Below, piece by piece: positions 24,454 to 34,510 of a stretch of DNA of 64,000 bases. Source of the DNA: Cyanophora paradoxa CCMP329 (taxonomy: Eukaryota > Plantae > Glaucophyta). Position numbers and translations under genes: made by a program. The notes beneath the pieces were generated by a model. The model was not told the origin of the DNA and did no database searches. It saw nothing but the letters and a program-made list of their open reading frames with translations. How positions within the stretch are numbered: position 1 is the first letter of the stretch; each line of letters begins with the position of its first letter. The stretch covers positions 62,001 through 126,000 of the forward strand of contig QPMI01000682.1 in NCBI GenBank assembly GCA_004431415.1, in the 5' to 3' direction.

Positions 24454-24640
24454 ACCGCCCCCAAAGTCCCAGATATCCGCTGAATCCTTTTTGTTACCAT
24501 GATCAATCGACTTTTCGATGGATCATTACCATGTATCGAGCGCCAATCGGAAAACCCAAAGGTATTTAAAGGTTAGCCGCCAAAAAATGACAAGGATCCG
24601 GAGAAATTAATTTCTCCATCAAGTATAAGAAGACCCCAAG

Positions 24641-27037
24641 ATGTTCAACTCTCAGCAACCGAACGGACTAAAACTCTCTCTCTTTGAGAAGGTGGATCGC
24701 TCCACTCTCAAATACCTGATTGATAATTTCGAGACTTTGGATTATCGACCTGATATTGATGCAACTGCTACTCTTACCCTTCTCCAACGTTATTTGAAGG
24801 ATTTGAAGCGAGATGGGCGCATTGAAGTTAAATATCATCAATGCAAGCATAATACTGGTCGTTATTTCGTGAATCTTGAACACATCAAGAAGAAGCAAGC
24901 ATCAATGCAAGGAATGCCCAGAGAATTCCGCCACACTCTTGCTCGCGATTTCTACTACGATATTGATATGAAAAATGCGCATCCCACACTTCTCATTCAG
25001 TATTGTCAAAAAAATGAAATCGTTTGTGAGGGTCTCACTGATTATGTCGACAATCGTGATAGTATCATTGCTGATATAAGCAAGAAATCCGGACTTTCTC
25101 GCGAAGATATCAAAAAAGCGTTTCTCTCTGTTGTTAACGGGGGTGGGGGCTCAATTGATAATAAGGAGCTGCTGAATCATCCCAAGTTCAAAGCAGTCAA
25201 GAACGAAATCACAGGAATTCACGCTCAAATTGCAAGCATGCCCGAAAACCACAACTTCTTCTTGATTTGCAAGCGAAAGAAGGAGTATAACATCTTTGGT
25301 TCAACCATTAATATGGTTCTTTGCAAATTGGAGAATGAATGTCTGATTGCGCTTTGTCAGTATTTAACCTCACTTGCTGTGAAAGTCGGTGTTCTCGTTT
25401 ATGACGGTTGTATGGTTGAAAAAGCCCCTGAATTACCCGAAACTCGTCTCCACAATATTCTCTGTGATGCTACCAAGTATATTGAGAATATCACTGGCTA
25501 CAAGATTGAGTTGATGATTAAACCAATGGATCAAGGATTTACGATTCCAACAAATTCAAAAAGTGTATCCTCTCCTCTTAATATTGTTCGGGATGATCGT
25601 GAAGCTGCTCTCACATTTGTTAAATCGATTGAGGGGCGAGTGGTTATGTCTGATGGTCGTATATTCGCTCAGACAGACGATTTTCTGTGGACTGATGATT
25701 CCACAATGGTCTACAATATAATGTTGAAATTGTGCATGGAGTGCTACATGTTCAAGGAGGATGACAAAGGTAACTTGAAGCCATATTCTACCAATCTTAC
25801 TGGGGCAGATCGAATTATCAAGACAGCCAAAGCATTTCTGCCCAATAATCGTGTGTTCTACAATGATATTATGTGGTCATCGACCATTGGGAAATTGTGC
25901 TACCGAAATGGTGTGTATGATTTCGAAACAAAGAAGCTCACACCATGGGACAAATGTGACAAGATCTATTCTACCACTCGAATTGAGAGGGATCTTCTTG
26001 TTGACAAAGATGGATATGTGATCAAGCCATCTGATTCGGATATTCAAACCCTTTTCGACAAGATTCTGGAACCCGTTTTCGGAAATGATTCGATTTCTTC
26101 TGCTCTGGAATTTACAGCTCGTGCAATGGCTGGGAAATACGAAGATAAACAGTGGGGATTATCAATTGGTGAACGCAATTGTGGTAAGGGGGTTTATGTG
26201 AATCTCAATGAAAATACCTGGGGAACTGGATATGTGCACACCATCAGTGGGGAGGCATTCTTGCTGAATAAGAACTCAGATGACAACGATACCTCCAAGT
26301 TAAAGTGGATGAAGCCTTGTGAATTTCGTCGTCTGACATTCACCCAAGAGATGAAATTCGATGTCTCAAACACAAATATTAAGGTGAATGGTGCAATGAT
26401 CAAAAAGAAGGAATCTGGTGGTGATGTTCAATGCATGCGTGTTCTTTATGAAAATGAGGTCAATATTCGCCTCCAAAGTCGTTTGTGGATGATCATGAAT
26501 GATGTTCCACCCATTTCCCCATCTGATACCCTTCAAACCATGGTATTGTTCAAGCACCCCCACAAATTCGTTGATCAAAAGACTGTTGAGGAAATGAACT
26601 CTCCTTGTGTGAGATTGGCTTCGGAAGATATCAAGAGTGTTCTGCTAAAAAGTCCTGAGATAATTAGAGCATTCGAATGGATGGTGTTTGAAGCCTACAA
26701 ATCTCAGAAATTCGTGGTGTCTGGGAAGGTTGCTGAGGATATTAATGAATTCCGGGAAGATGCAGGTGATGAAATGTCTCTGATCAGATCAGTGTTCGAA
26801 TTCACTCGAAATTCATCCGACTCTGTAACTTCCAAGATGGTTGAGCAAGAGATCAAGCAACTGAGACTGAATATGTCTGCAAATCGCATTAAAACTGTGA
26901 TGGGTTTGCTTGGAGCGAAATATGACAAAAATGCAGTTCGAAAGAAGGTTGGAACTGGTTATGATCGCGGCTACAAGGGTGTTAAAAAGATTGATAATAC
27001 ACCTACTGTTGTTGAGTTTGATGATGATGATGAGTAA
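24641..27037 (+). CDS. TVpol (family-A-polymerase-related primase) fused to D5-like SF3 helicase
   Basis: YDIDMKNAHP (motif A), IKKAFLSVVNGG (motif B), LVYDGCMV (motif C); YRNGVYDF (D5_N); Walker A GERNCGKG; C-terminal wHTH-like RGYKGVK. Confidence 0.85.
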   Translation: MFNSQQPNGLKLSLFEKVDRSTLKYLIDNFETLDYRPDIDATATLTLLQRYLKDLKRDGRIEVKYHQCKHNTGRYFVNLEHIKKKQASMQGMPREFRHTLARDFYYDIDMKNAHPTLLIQYCQKNEIVCEGLTDYVDNRDSIIADISKKSGLSREDIKKAFLSVVNGGGGSIDNKELLNHPKFKAVKNEITGIHAQIASMPENHNFFLICKRKKEYNIFGSTINMVLCKLENECLIALCQYLTSLAVKVGVLVYDGCMVEKAPELPETRLHNILCDATKYIENITGYKIELMIKPMDQGFTIPTNSKSVSSPLNIVRDDREAALTFVKSIEGRVVMSDGRIFAQTDDFLWTDDSTMVYNIMLKLCMECYMFKEDDKGNLKPYSTNLTGADRIIKTAKAFLPNNRVFYNDIMWSSTIGKLCYRNGVYDFETKKLTPWDKCDKIYSTTRIERDLLVDKDGYVIKPSDSDIQTLFDKILEPVFGNDSISSALEFTARAMAGKYEDKQWGLSIGERNCGKGVYVNLNENTWGTGYVHTISGEAFLLNKNSDDNDTSKLKWMKPCEFRRLTFTQEMKFDVSNTNIKVNGAMIKKKESGGDVQCMRVLYENEVNIRLQSRLWMIMNDVPPISPSDTLQTMVLFKHPHKFVDQKTVEEMNSPCVRLASEDIKSVLLKSPEIIRAFEWMVFEAYKSQKFVVSGKVAEDINEFREDAGDEMSLIRSVFEFTRNSSDSVTSKMVEQEIKQLRLNMSANRIKTVMGLLGAKYDKNAVRKKVGTGYDRGYKGVKKIDNTPTVVEFDDDDE

Positions 27038-27083
27038 AATACCTCTGTTATGATTCTGATTTCTATATACATTCTTTTTATAC

Positions 27084-27297
27084 CTTACTGGAAATGGACA
27101 GTAGGCACTGGAATAATCGAAGTAGGCACTTTTCAATTGAGGTTAGGCACTTTTAATTGACGTTAGGCACTTAGGCACCTTTCCTGGAAACTCTCTATAA
27201 AAAATAAAATCAACGTTTTGAAAAACGCGACTTAACCTTTTTAAGACTTCTTTCTTTCTCTCGATTCAAGAGTGCCTAACTGCCTACAAGTGCCTAC
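27084..27297. promoter_or_regulatory. Internal origin-like iteron cassette (TAGGCAC/GTGCCTA) just downstream of the A helicase
   Basis: Five TAGGCAC and three (G)TGCCTA repeats flank an AT-rich spacer; a diverged copy of the TIR cassette. Confidence 0.6.
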
Positions 27298-27340
27298 AAA
27301 AAATGATGCGATTTCAGAGATGTGATCCAAGAGCACCACA

Positions 27341-27652
27341 ATGACCACATTCTCAAAAGAAGATTTCGCCCGACTCAATCATGAATGCTATGGATCTGAT
27401 CCAGTTCTGACAGATGCAGAGCAAAGAAAAAAAGTGCTTCGGTTGATCTTGGAGAAAGGAGGATGTAAATATGATCAGATGCCCAGGCATTTCAGAAAGA
27501 AATTAGATAGATACTGCGAAAATGGTAGAGGTCACCAGTGTGCAAATGATTTCGAGGAAATGAGAGCGGGGCAGGGTCGTCATGATGTGAACCATGCAAG
27601 AAAGCGACTTCAAGATAAACTTTCAAAACGCGTTCAAAACGCCCGAAAATAA
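27341..27652 (+). CDS. Hypothetical 103-aa basic protein
   Basis: ORF between the cassette and PolB; absent from B. Confidence 0.55.
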   Translation: MTTFSKEDFARLNHECYGSDPVLTDAEQRKKVLRLILEKGGCKYDQMPRHFRKKLDRYCENGRGHQCANDFEEMRAGQGRHDVNHARKRLQDKLSKRVQNARK

Positions 27653-27673
27653 TATGTTCCCTTAAAGTAAAAG

Positions 27674-30600
27674 ATGCCCCGCCAATCCAATAGAATCATC
27701 AAAGAAAAGAAAAACGAAATACTCGGTCTTTTAGGAACCCTTTTAGTCACTGGTGATATTACAGAATTCGAATATGATCGCCAGGCAGCAATCCTGGATA
27801 GGAGACCAAGGTTATCTCAACTCACAGAAATTACAAATCGCCTCTATGATCGTTTTGAGAAAATGGAGGAATTCAGGGATGAAGGTTTAAGGTTGGGAGC
27901 GATTGCACCGGAGATTGAAGATGGGGAAGCAATGAACAAAGCATATTCTTGGTTGACCTATCGAGCCAGAGGGGAGGTTATCCAAGATGGGATTGAATTC
28001 TTGGAGAGAATTGCACCCACTCTACCTCAGAGACTCAGACAGAAACTCCAAGACCTGCGAGCAATTAAAACTCGGTTGACCTTCATTTGTAAATTGAGAC
28101 AGTTACAGATTGGATCGAATTGAGATGCTAAGAGTGGTAATAATGTGGACAGTTACAGATTGGATCGAATTGAGATGCTAAGAGTGGTAATAATGTCCTA
28201 TGCTCCTGTGGGTGGTTGCTTCTTCTCAACACCTGAGTGGATTGGATCAAAGAGAGCAACTGTGAATGTGAAGAATATTGATGGTCAAGACTGCTTCAAG
28301 TATGCAATCTTGGCTTACCTGCACCGAAATGATATTAATAAACACAAGAGCAATGAACCCAACCAGTATAGAAGATGGTTAAACGAACTCAATTTCGAAG
28401 GCATCCAGTTTCCAGTTGCCTGTGATGCAGAGGTTATTGATCGATTTGAGGAGCAGAACCCTGAACTCTCAATCAACATTTATGGGGCAGATAATACTGC
28501 ACAATGCTTCTATCCTCTCCACCAATCCAGCAACCCTAGGAGAAAGACCAAGATTAACCTTTTATTAATCGAAAACGAAGAGGATGATAGAGGGCATTAT
28601 ATCACCATCATGTCTCTGAGTCGACTCCTGAAAACCACCTTTGATAAAGCCCATGATGGTCGCATTTATTATTGTGAGACCTGTCTGTCTCGTTTCAGAA
28701 CTCAGGAGAAGCTGGATGTACATATAGAAGCGAATCGCTGCATTGATTGGAGGGAGAGCAAAGGTAAATGCCCGAAATCTGGAAGTCACATTGCATTTGG
28801 GCTTCAACATCTTCGCAAAACTGTGTGGCTTCCCACTATCTGCTATGTGAAAATGGATAGTCACTCGGTTCCAATTGATGAGAACCGCAGTAAGAGAGAG
28901 GTAAAATCGGTTTCTCTAACAGTTGTGATGGGGGATGAGGTGATCTCTCATTATTTCGAGGGATCAGATCCACTTGGTGCTCTTTTTACCACTCTCACAG
29001 AGATCAGACCCCAAGTAGTTCGCACTCTATTCACCAATATTCCCATGCATCCACTCACAGAGGAGCAGAAAGCACAATACAAGATAACTAAACACTGTTA
29101 TATCTGTGCAGAACGATTTACCCATGAGAACTTCCCAGTGAGAGACCATTGTCATCAATCAGGAGCTTTTATTGGAAAAGCATGCCGAAACTGCAACCTC
29201 CACAGGAGAATCTCCAAACAAACCAAGGTAGCAATTGTGGTGGATCACATGGATGAATGTGGACACGAAATATTCCGCAAAATTGCACAGCAAGATGATA
29301 AACTTCGTGTTGAGATCCTGAGCAAGAATTTCGATCAATACCTCTCTCTGCAATGGGGCATGTGGAAATTCATAGATGCTTCGCACTTCATGGACTTCCA
29401 GGCAGTGGATGCAAGTGATCTAATGGGTAAATTCCAGAAATTCCGAGAGTTGGCGTTTTCCCAATATGGATTAGATCCTGCCCATTATGTTTCGGCTCCT
29501 GGATTATCCTGGGATGCAATGCTAATTTACACCAGAGCAAAGATCGAGCAGATCAGTGATGTAGGGCAGTACGAATTTATTGAGAGGGCAATTCGAGGTG
29601 GGTTTGCTACAATGCCTACTCGATATGCAAAGGTGGAAAACCCAGATGACCATATAGTTCTCTTGGATGCAAATAATCTGTATGGTTATGCTCTCAGTCA
29701 AGAACTGCCCATTGGAGATTTTCGTTGGGAAGATGTCACAGAGGCACTTAAAGAGACCTCTGGACGAAGTGCTTTCATTGAAGTTGACCTGGAATACCCA
29801 CAAACTCTCACAGATCATTACGATTTTCCACTTGTAGTGAATAAAGAGCAAATCACTACCGAAATGCTGGGTGAGTATCAACAAAACCTACTGGATATCA
29901 CAGGTGAGAAGATAAGCAAAGACCCCAAACTCACAGCAACATTCTCACCCAAAAATAACTATGTCATCTCCCAACCTCTCTTGGTCTATCTTGTGAGCAA
30001 AGGTATTATAATTAAGAAGGTTCACAGGGTTCTCTCATTTGCAACCTCTGCATTCATGAAGAGTTATATTGATCTAAATACGAAACTGAGGCGCCAATCT
30101 GTCACCAGATTCGAGTCTGACTTCTTTAAATTAATGAACAATGCAATCTATGGTAAATGCCTTGAATCATGCAGGGGTCGATCTGTGGTAAAGATTGCTA
30201 ACAGTGAGAAACTCTGCAAGAAATATGCTGCAAGTCCACTCATCAAGGCAACCAATGCATTAAACGAAAATGCTGTTGCCTTTGAGATGTACTCAAAGCA
30301 TGTTCACTTAGATAAACCAGTTGCAATCGGGGCTTTTGTGCTGGATTTCGCGAAACTCCATAACAGCAGGTTCTTTTATGATGTGGTGAGGAGAACTTGG
30401 GAAACAGCTGAGCTACTATTCCATGATACAGATTCTTTCTGTCTAATGCTTCATACCAATGATCTTAATAATGAGATGAAGCGAATTTCGGAACACCTGG
30501 ATTGCAGTAATTATGATCCCTCCCACCCTCTCTTTGATAGGAGCAATCGCTTGATTCCAGGTAAATATAAAAACGAGTTTCCCAATGCAAAGATTGTGGA

Positions 30601-30871
30601 GTATGTAGGTCTGAGATCGAAACTCTATGCTTTCAGAACTGAGACCTTTGATAAAATAAAGATGTCTGGTACTTCCTCCAAAGAGGTTCACTTTGATGAT
30701 TTCAAGAGATGCCTGTTTGAAGGCATCACCAAAACAGTAGCAGTAGTAAACAAGCGAAGACAAGACCACAACCTATATGATTTGGAGAGCAGAAGGGTGG
30801 CTCTAAACCAACTCGATAGCAAAAGGAAGATATTAGACGATGGAATTCACAGCATTCCATTTGGGCTCTAA
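27674..30871 (+). CDS. Protein-primed family B DNA polymerase with endonuclease VII-like Zn domain; disrupted near 28096-28195
   Basis: LDANNLYG, KLMNNAIYGK and HDTDS polymerase motifs; CYIC...VRDHCHQSG.F.G.AC..CN. A 50-bp tandem duplication replaces a segment present in B's copy. Confidence 0.9.
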
Positions 30872-31053
30872 TCTACTTCATTAATCTTTCTTTTCTTTGG
30901 TTTCGCTCTCCAAGAAGTAATAAACCGCGAATTAAATGCAGCAGCCAAATACATCTTAATCCAGGGTCATTGGGCTCGATTGCAAAATAGTTTGGAATTG
31001 TGTTCTCTTTCCACACAGACTCTTGCATTTATTATATGAGAGATAAGGTAAAG

Positions 31054-32454
31054 ATGCCTTCCACACAAATAGGATTGAGACAACCACCAAGAATTGTGAG
31101 AAAAGAGGCAATTGAAGATCGAGGGAATATCCTACCTATCACAGTTCCAGTGGAAGAGAAAAGCAGTCGAATATTGAAAAGATCAGAGATGGTCAAGCAA
31201 TTAATCCCAGAGACCCTCCCAGCTGAGACAGCACCAAAAGAGTCGAAGATTGCTAAGAAGTTCTATGATCCCAGGACAGGCTACAAGGGATTCACAGCAA
31301 TGAGACAGGAACTACCAGAAGAGAACTACAAGAAGATGAGAGAATGGTATGATAAACAGGAGGTTGTCCAAATTAATGCACCCACTCTATCTCGAAAGAG
31401 AGATCCCATGATTCCAATTAGGCAACCCCTTGATACATATGTGATTGATCTGCTCTTCTTTCCTGCATACAAAAAGCAGAATGATGGTTATGATACATTT
31501 ATGAGTGCAATGGAATCAACCCTAAGAACTGGGTTCATAATTCCAATGAGAGACAAGAGTGCTCTAACTACACTTGCAGCATTCAAGCAACTTGAACAGA
31601 GAGTCCCCAGACCAATTGTTCGCATTCAGAGTGACAGTGGAAGCGAATTTACCAATGTGTTATTCACAGATTATCTGGGAACCAAATTCATTGAGCATCA
31701 ACTTAGTGATGTTGCAGATCACAGAACCCAAGGTCGAATTGAAGCCTTTAACAGACAGATCAAGAGATTGATCACAAACCACTGCATCGCAAATAATACT
31801 GCACGATTTTTTGATGTGTTGGGTGATATTGAGTATAACTATAATAATACCATTCACTCTGCAACCAAAAGAAAACCAGCAGAGACCACAGAAGCCCACT
31901 ACAAAGAGATAGTGAATATGGAGGATCAGAGATTCAAGAAATCGATTGAGTATCTTGATGCCCTGAAACCTGGTATGTTTGTGAGAGTGAAAGTTGAAAA
32001 GAACCCATTTGCAAAGCAAGGGGTTAATTGGTCTCGAATTGTTTATAGTGTGGAGGGCAGAGAGGGCTTCAAGTTCAGAATCAGAAGTCCCAGTGGTGAG
32101 ATAGTTGATGGTAGATTCGCTTTTCATGAACTGCTGCCCATTAAAGGTGTTGAGTATCATGAAACTCCCACAGTGGATGCCCTTGAACATGCAAAGGAGG
32201 AAGCCAGGGTTGATTCTGCAATCAGAAAGGAGGGCATAGAAAAAGCAAGTGAAGTACCAAAAGAGCCCCTCACAGAAGCAAGAGCACAAAAGAAGGGTAG
32301 AGTAGAGAAAGAATTAAAGAAGTTGACCATAGCAGGAACCCAGAAATTATCAGAAGTCAACAGTCAGAGGTGGTATAATGACTTTTCAACCACCAAGGAA
32401 ACATATACTGCACCCCAAACTCGATTTAATTTACGAAGTGGTCAAAGGAAATAG
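31054..32454 (+). CDS. Retroviral-like (rve, DDE) integrase, Polinton type
   Basis: VIDL, QSDSGSEF and IEAFN catalytic triad; YNNTIHS; C-terminal PGMFVRV...NWS...F..HEL domain. Confidence 0.92.
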   Translation: MPSTQIGLRQPPRIVRKEAIEDRGNILPITVPVEEKSSRILKRSEMVKQLIPETLPAETAPKESKIAKKFYDPRTGYKGFTAMRQELPEENYKKMREWYDKQEVVQINAPTLSRKRDPMIPIRQPLDTYVIDLLFFPAYKKQNDGYDTFMSAMESTLRTGFIIPMRDKSALTTLAAFKQLEQRVPRPIVRIQSDSGSEFTNVLFTDYLGTKFIEHQLSDVADHRTQGRIEAFNRQIKRLITNHCIANNTARFFDVLGDIEYNYNNTIHSATKRKPAETTEAHYKEIVNMEDQRFKKSIEYLDALKPGMFVRVKVEKNPFAKQGVNWSRIVYSVEGREGFKFRIRSPSGEIVDGRFAFHELLPIKGVEYHETPTVDALEHAKEEARVDSAIRKEGIEKASEVPKEPLTEARAQKKGRVEKELKKLTIAGTQKLSEVNSQRWYNDFSTTKETYTAPQTRFNLRSGQRK

Positions 32455-32455
32455 A

Positions 32456-32698
32456 TCAGCAGCGCTTCCGAAATCTCTTAGACCTCTGGCGAATTTTCCT
32501 CATTTGTCTGTCTTTTTCAATAATTTCCAAGAAGAAAGTTTCAAGGTTTGAGACCAGCTGGTAATTGTAAACAAAGAACAGTCTCACATGCTCTGGCTGT
32601 GACATGAAGAAATTGTAATAGAAAGCAGTTTTGAAATCATGGATCCAGTCTGATTGGGCAGCATGGATGATAGCAGGGTCTTGGTAGATGGGATCCAT
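32456..32698 (-). CDS. Hypothetical small protein
   Basis: ORF from MDPIYQ, preceded by an AAAAAATTGACAAGG motif. Confidence 0.5.
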   Translation of the reverse strand: MDPIYQDPAIIHAAQSDWIHDFKTAFYYNFFMSQPEHVRLFFVYNYQLVSNLETFFLEIIEKDRQMRKIRQRSKRFRKRC

Positions 32699-32919
32699 AG
32701 CAGAAGTTGAGAGAATCCAGAAAATCCTTGTCAATTTTTTATTTTGTAAGTGCCCGATCACGACGAATCCTGATTGGCGCTATCGTGGCGATTCCGAATC
32801 TGTTTTCAGATTTAAAAACGGAGCACCTGGTAATAAAATACAGTAGCTACTGTAAAAATCGCCATAATGTGGGCGAAGATACAGAAGCCACTGTATCATA
32901 CATCAGGACTTCTGAAATA

Positions 32920-34461
32920 TTATACACTTCGAATAAATGCACCTGTCACATCAACTCTCATAGTTGGGGTGTTGATGTATACAAGTGGATAAATTCGAAT
33001 ATACCTTGTCCTCAGAGGGTAGCCAATATAGAAAACGTCTCTAATAGAGGTGGGATACCCAGAACTGTATGAGACATCACCACTGTTGTGGGCATTATTG
33101 ATAGTTTCACACATGAACACTCTATTGACACCTTCATACTTGATAAATGACCAAGAAATCCCATCTTGTGATGTTGCAACATTGAAGGTCTTCACAAAGG
33201 CATTTGTCACACCAGAACCATATGCTATAATAGATGCAACCTCAAATATGTATGGGAAGGTTACTTGGAGATACTCAGTGGGGACACTCCATATCCCATC
33301 AGGAGCAGATGCATTTGCTTCCCAACCTGTCAAGGAAGGTCTTGATTTAAATGCCTCCCTTCCAATTTTTGATGATGAAGCAGTGAATGCACCATCTGAT
33401 AGAAGATACCAGTTAGCATCAATTGGAGGTATGCTATTCAGAGTGGATGATATATAGAACCTTGCAGGGTTCTTGATTTCGTAATTTGCAACCAGTAAAT
33501 CACAGAGTCTATCAATCATCACAGTGTTTGCTGCTATGTACATTTCGGTTGCATCTATCATATCTGGGATCTTAGAGGTATCATCCAGAGAGTTTACTAT
33601 GGTCTTTGGAAGTGGGACAGAGAGTCTATAATATCTTGCATATCCTTGATCATCATTATATGGGAGAAACTCTTGCATCTTTTCCAGTGCTGAGAGTTCA
33701 CTTGCAGCCATCAACATATTGATTAATGGACTTCCAGAGGTCGAAGCAATCCAAGAGAGGATGCCCCAGCTGTTCACATCTTCATAAGAGTAACCCACAT
33801 TTGGAGCATCTGTTTCATTGACTTCACCACAGGATATACTTATCACTATAATATCATCATCATCATCATAGATCTTCTTAGCATGACTGTAACCACAGAC
33901 ACTGGGATTGTTGTTACCTGAGATTGCACCATCAATTAGAGACATCCCATCATAGTTCACAGGTGAGAAATATGTTGGAGCAGCAGAGGTGGATCTTGCA
34001 GCAATCTTGCTGGGGATGGATTTGTAGGAGTTATCATTGGTGATAAAAATGGGCTTCATACTCACAGTGTCAAAACTTGTGATCACTACATCTTTGAGAG
34101 AGTCTTGAATGAGAGACTCACCAGTAACAGTGAGAATGGCTGTCTCCAATGGGGTCACATCATACTTGGTGTTGAAGAGTGCATTATCAATAATATTTCG
34201 GGGATTTGCAAAGATTAAAGGCAGTTGATTGAGATAAGTGGAATGCAAATCGGTTGCTGTGAGTTTAGGTTCGTTTGGAAATTCGGGATTTTTCACATTG
34301 AGACCAATCGCAATTATCCCACCAGTGGATGTTCCACTCACCAGGTCAACAAGATCTATGACTCTTTTTCCTGTTCGAGTTTCGATTTCTTTTAGCAATC
34401 TCGTAATAATTATACCACGAGCTCCCCCACCTGAAAGACTGAGAATTACACGAAGGGGCAT
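32920..34461 (-). CDS. Patatin-like phospholipase fused to a C-terminal F5/8 type C (discoidin) domain
   Basis: LSLSGGGARG, GTSTG, IDGA; FTASSS...GW...EYLQV...SQDG..W...RYIRIYP...MRV. Confidence 0.88.
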   Translation of the reverse strand: MPLRVILSLSGGGARGIIITRLLKEIETRTGKRVIDLVDLVSGTSTGGIIAIGLNVKNPEFPNEPKLTATDLHSTYLNQLPLIFANPRNIIDNALFNTKYDVTPLETAILTVTGESLIQDSLKDVVITSFDTVSMKPIFITNDNSYKSIPSKIAARSTSAAPTYFSPVNYDGMSLIDGAISGNNNPSVCGYSHAKKIYDDDDDIIVISISCGEVNETDAPNVGYSYEDVNSWGILSWIASTSGSPLINMLMAASELSALEKMQEFLPYNDDQGYARYYRLSVPLPKTIVNSLDDTSKIPDMIDATEMYIAANTVMIDRLCDLLVANYEIKNPARFYISSTLNSIPPIDANWYLLSDGAFTASSSKIGREAFKSRPSLTGWEANASAPDGIWSVPTEYLQVTFPYIFEVASIIAYGSGVTNAFVKTFNVATSQDGISWSFIKYEGVNRVFMCETINNAHNSGDVSYSSGYPTSIRDVFYIGYPLRTRYIRIYPLVYINTPTMRVDVTGAFIRSV

Positions 34462-34510
34462 CTTTACTTAACTCAAATTTAATAAATCTCTATAAGTAGA
34501 GTAAACAGGG

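Noticed and set aside
14740-24640. Large inverted duplication as a misassembly
   Set aside because: The copies differ by scattered, mostly synonymous substitutions, carry different helicases, and are explained by an exact TSD-flanked insertion.
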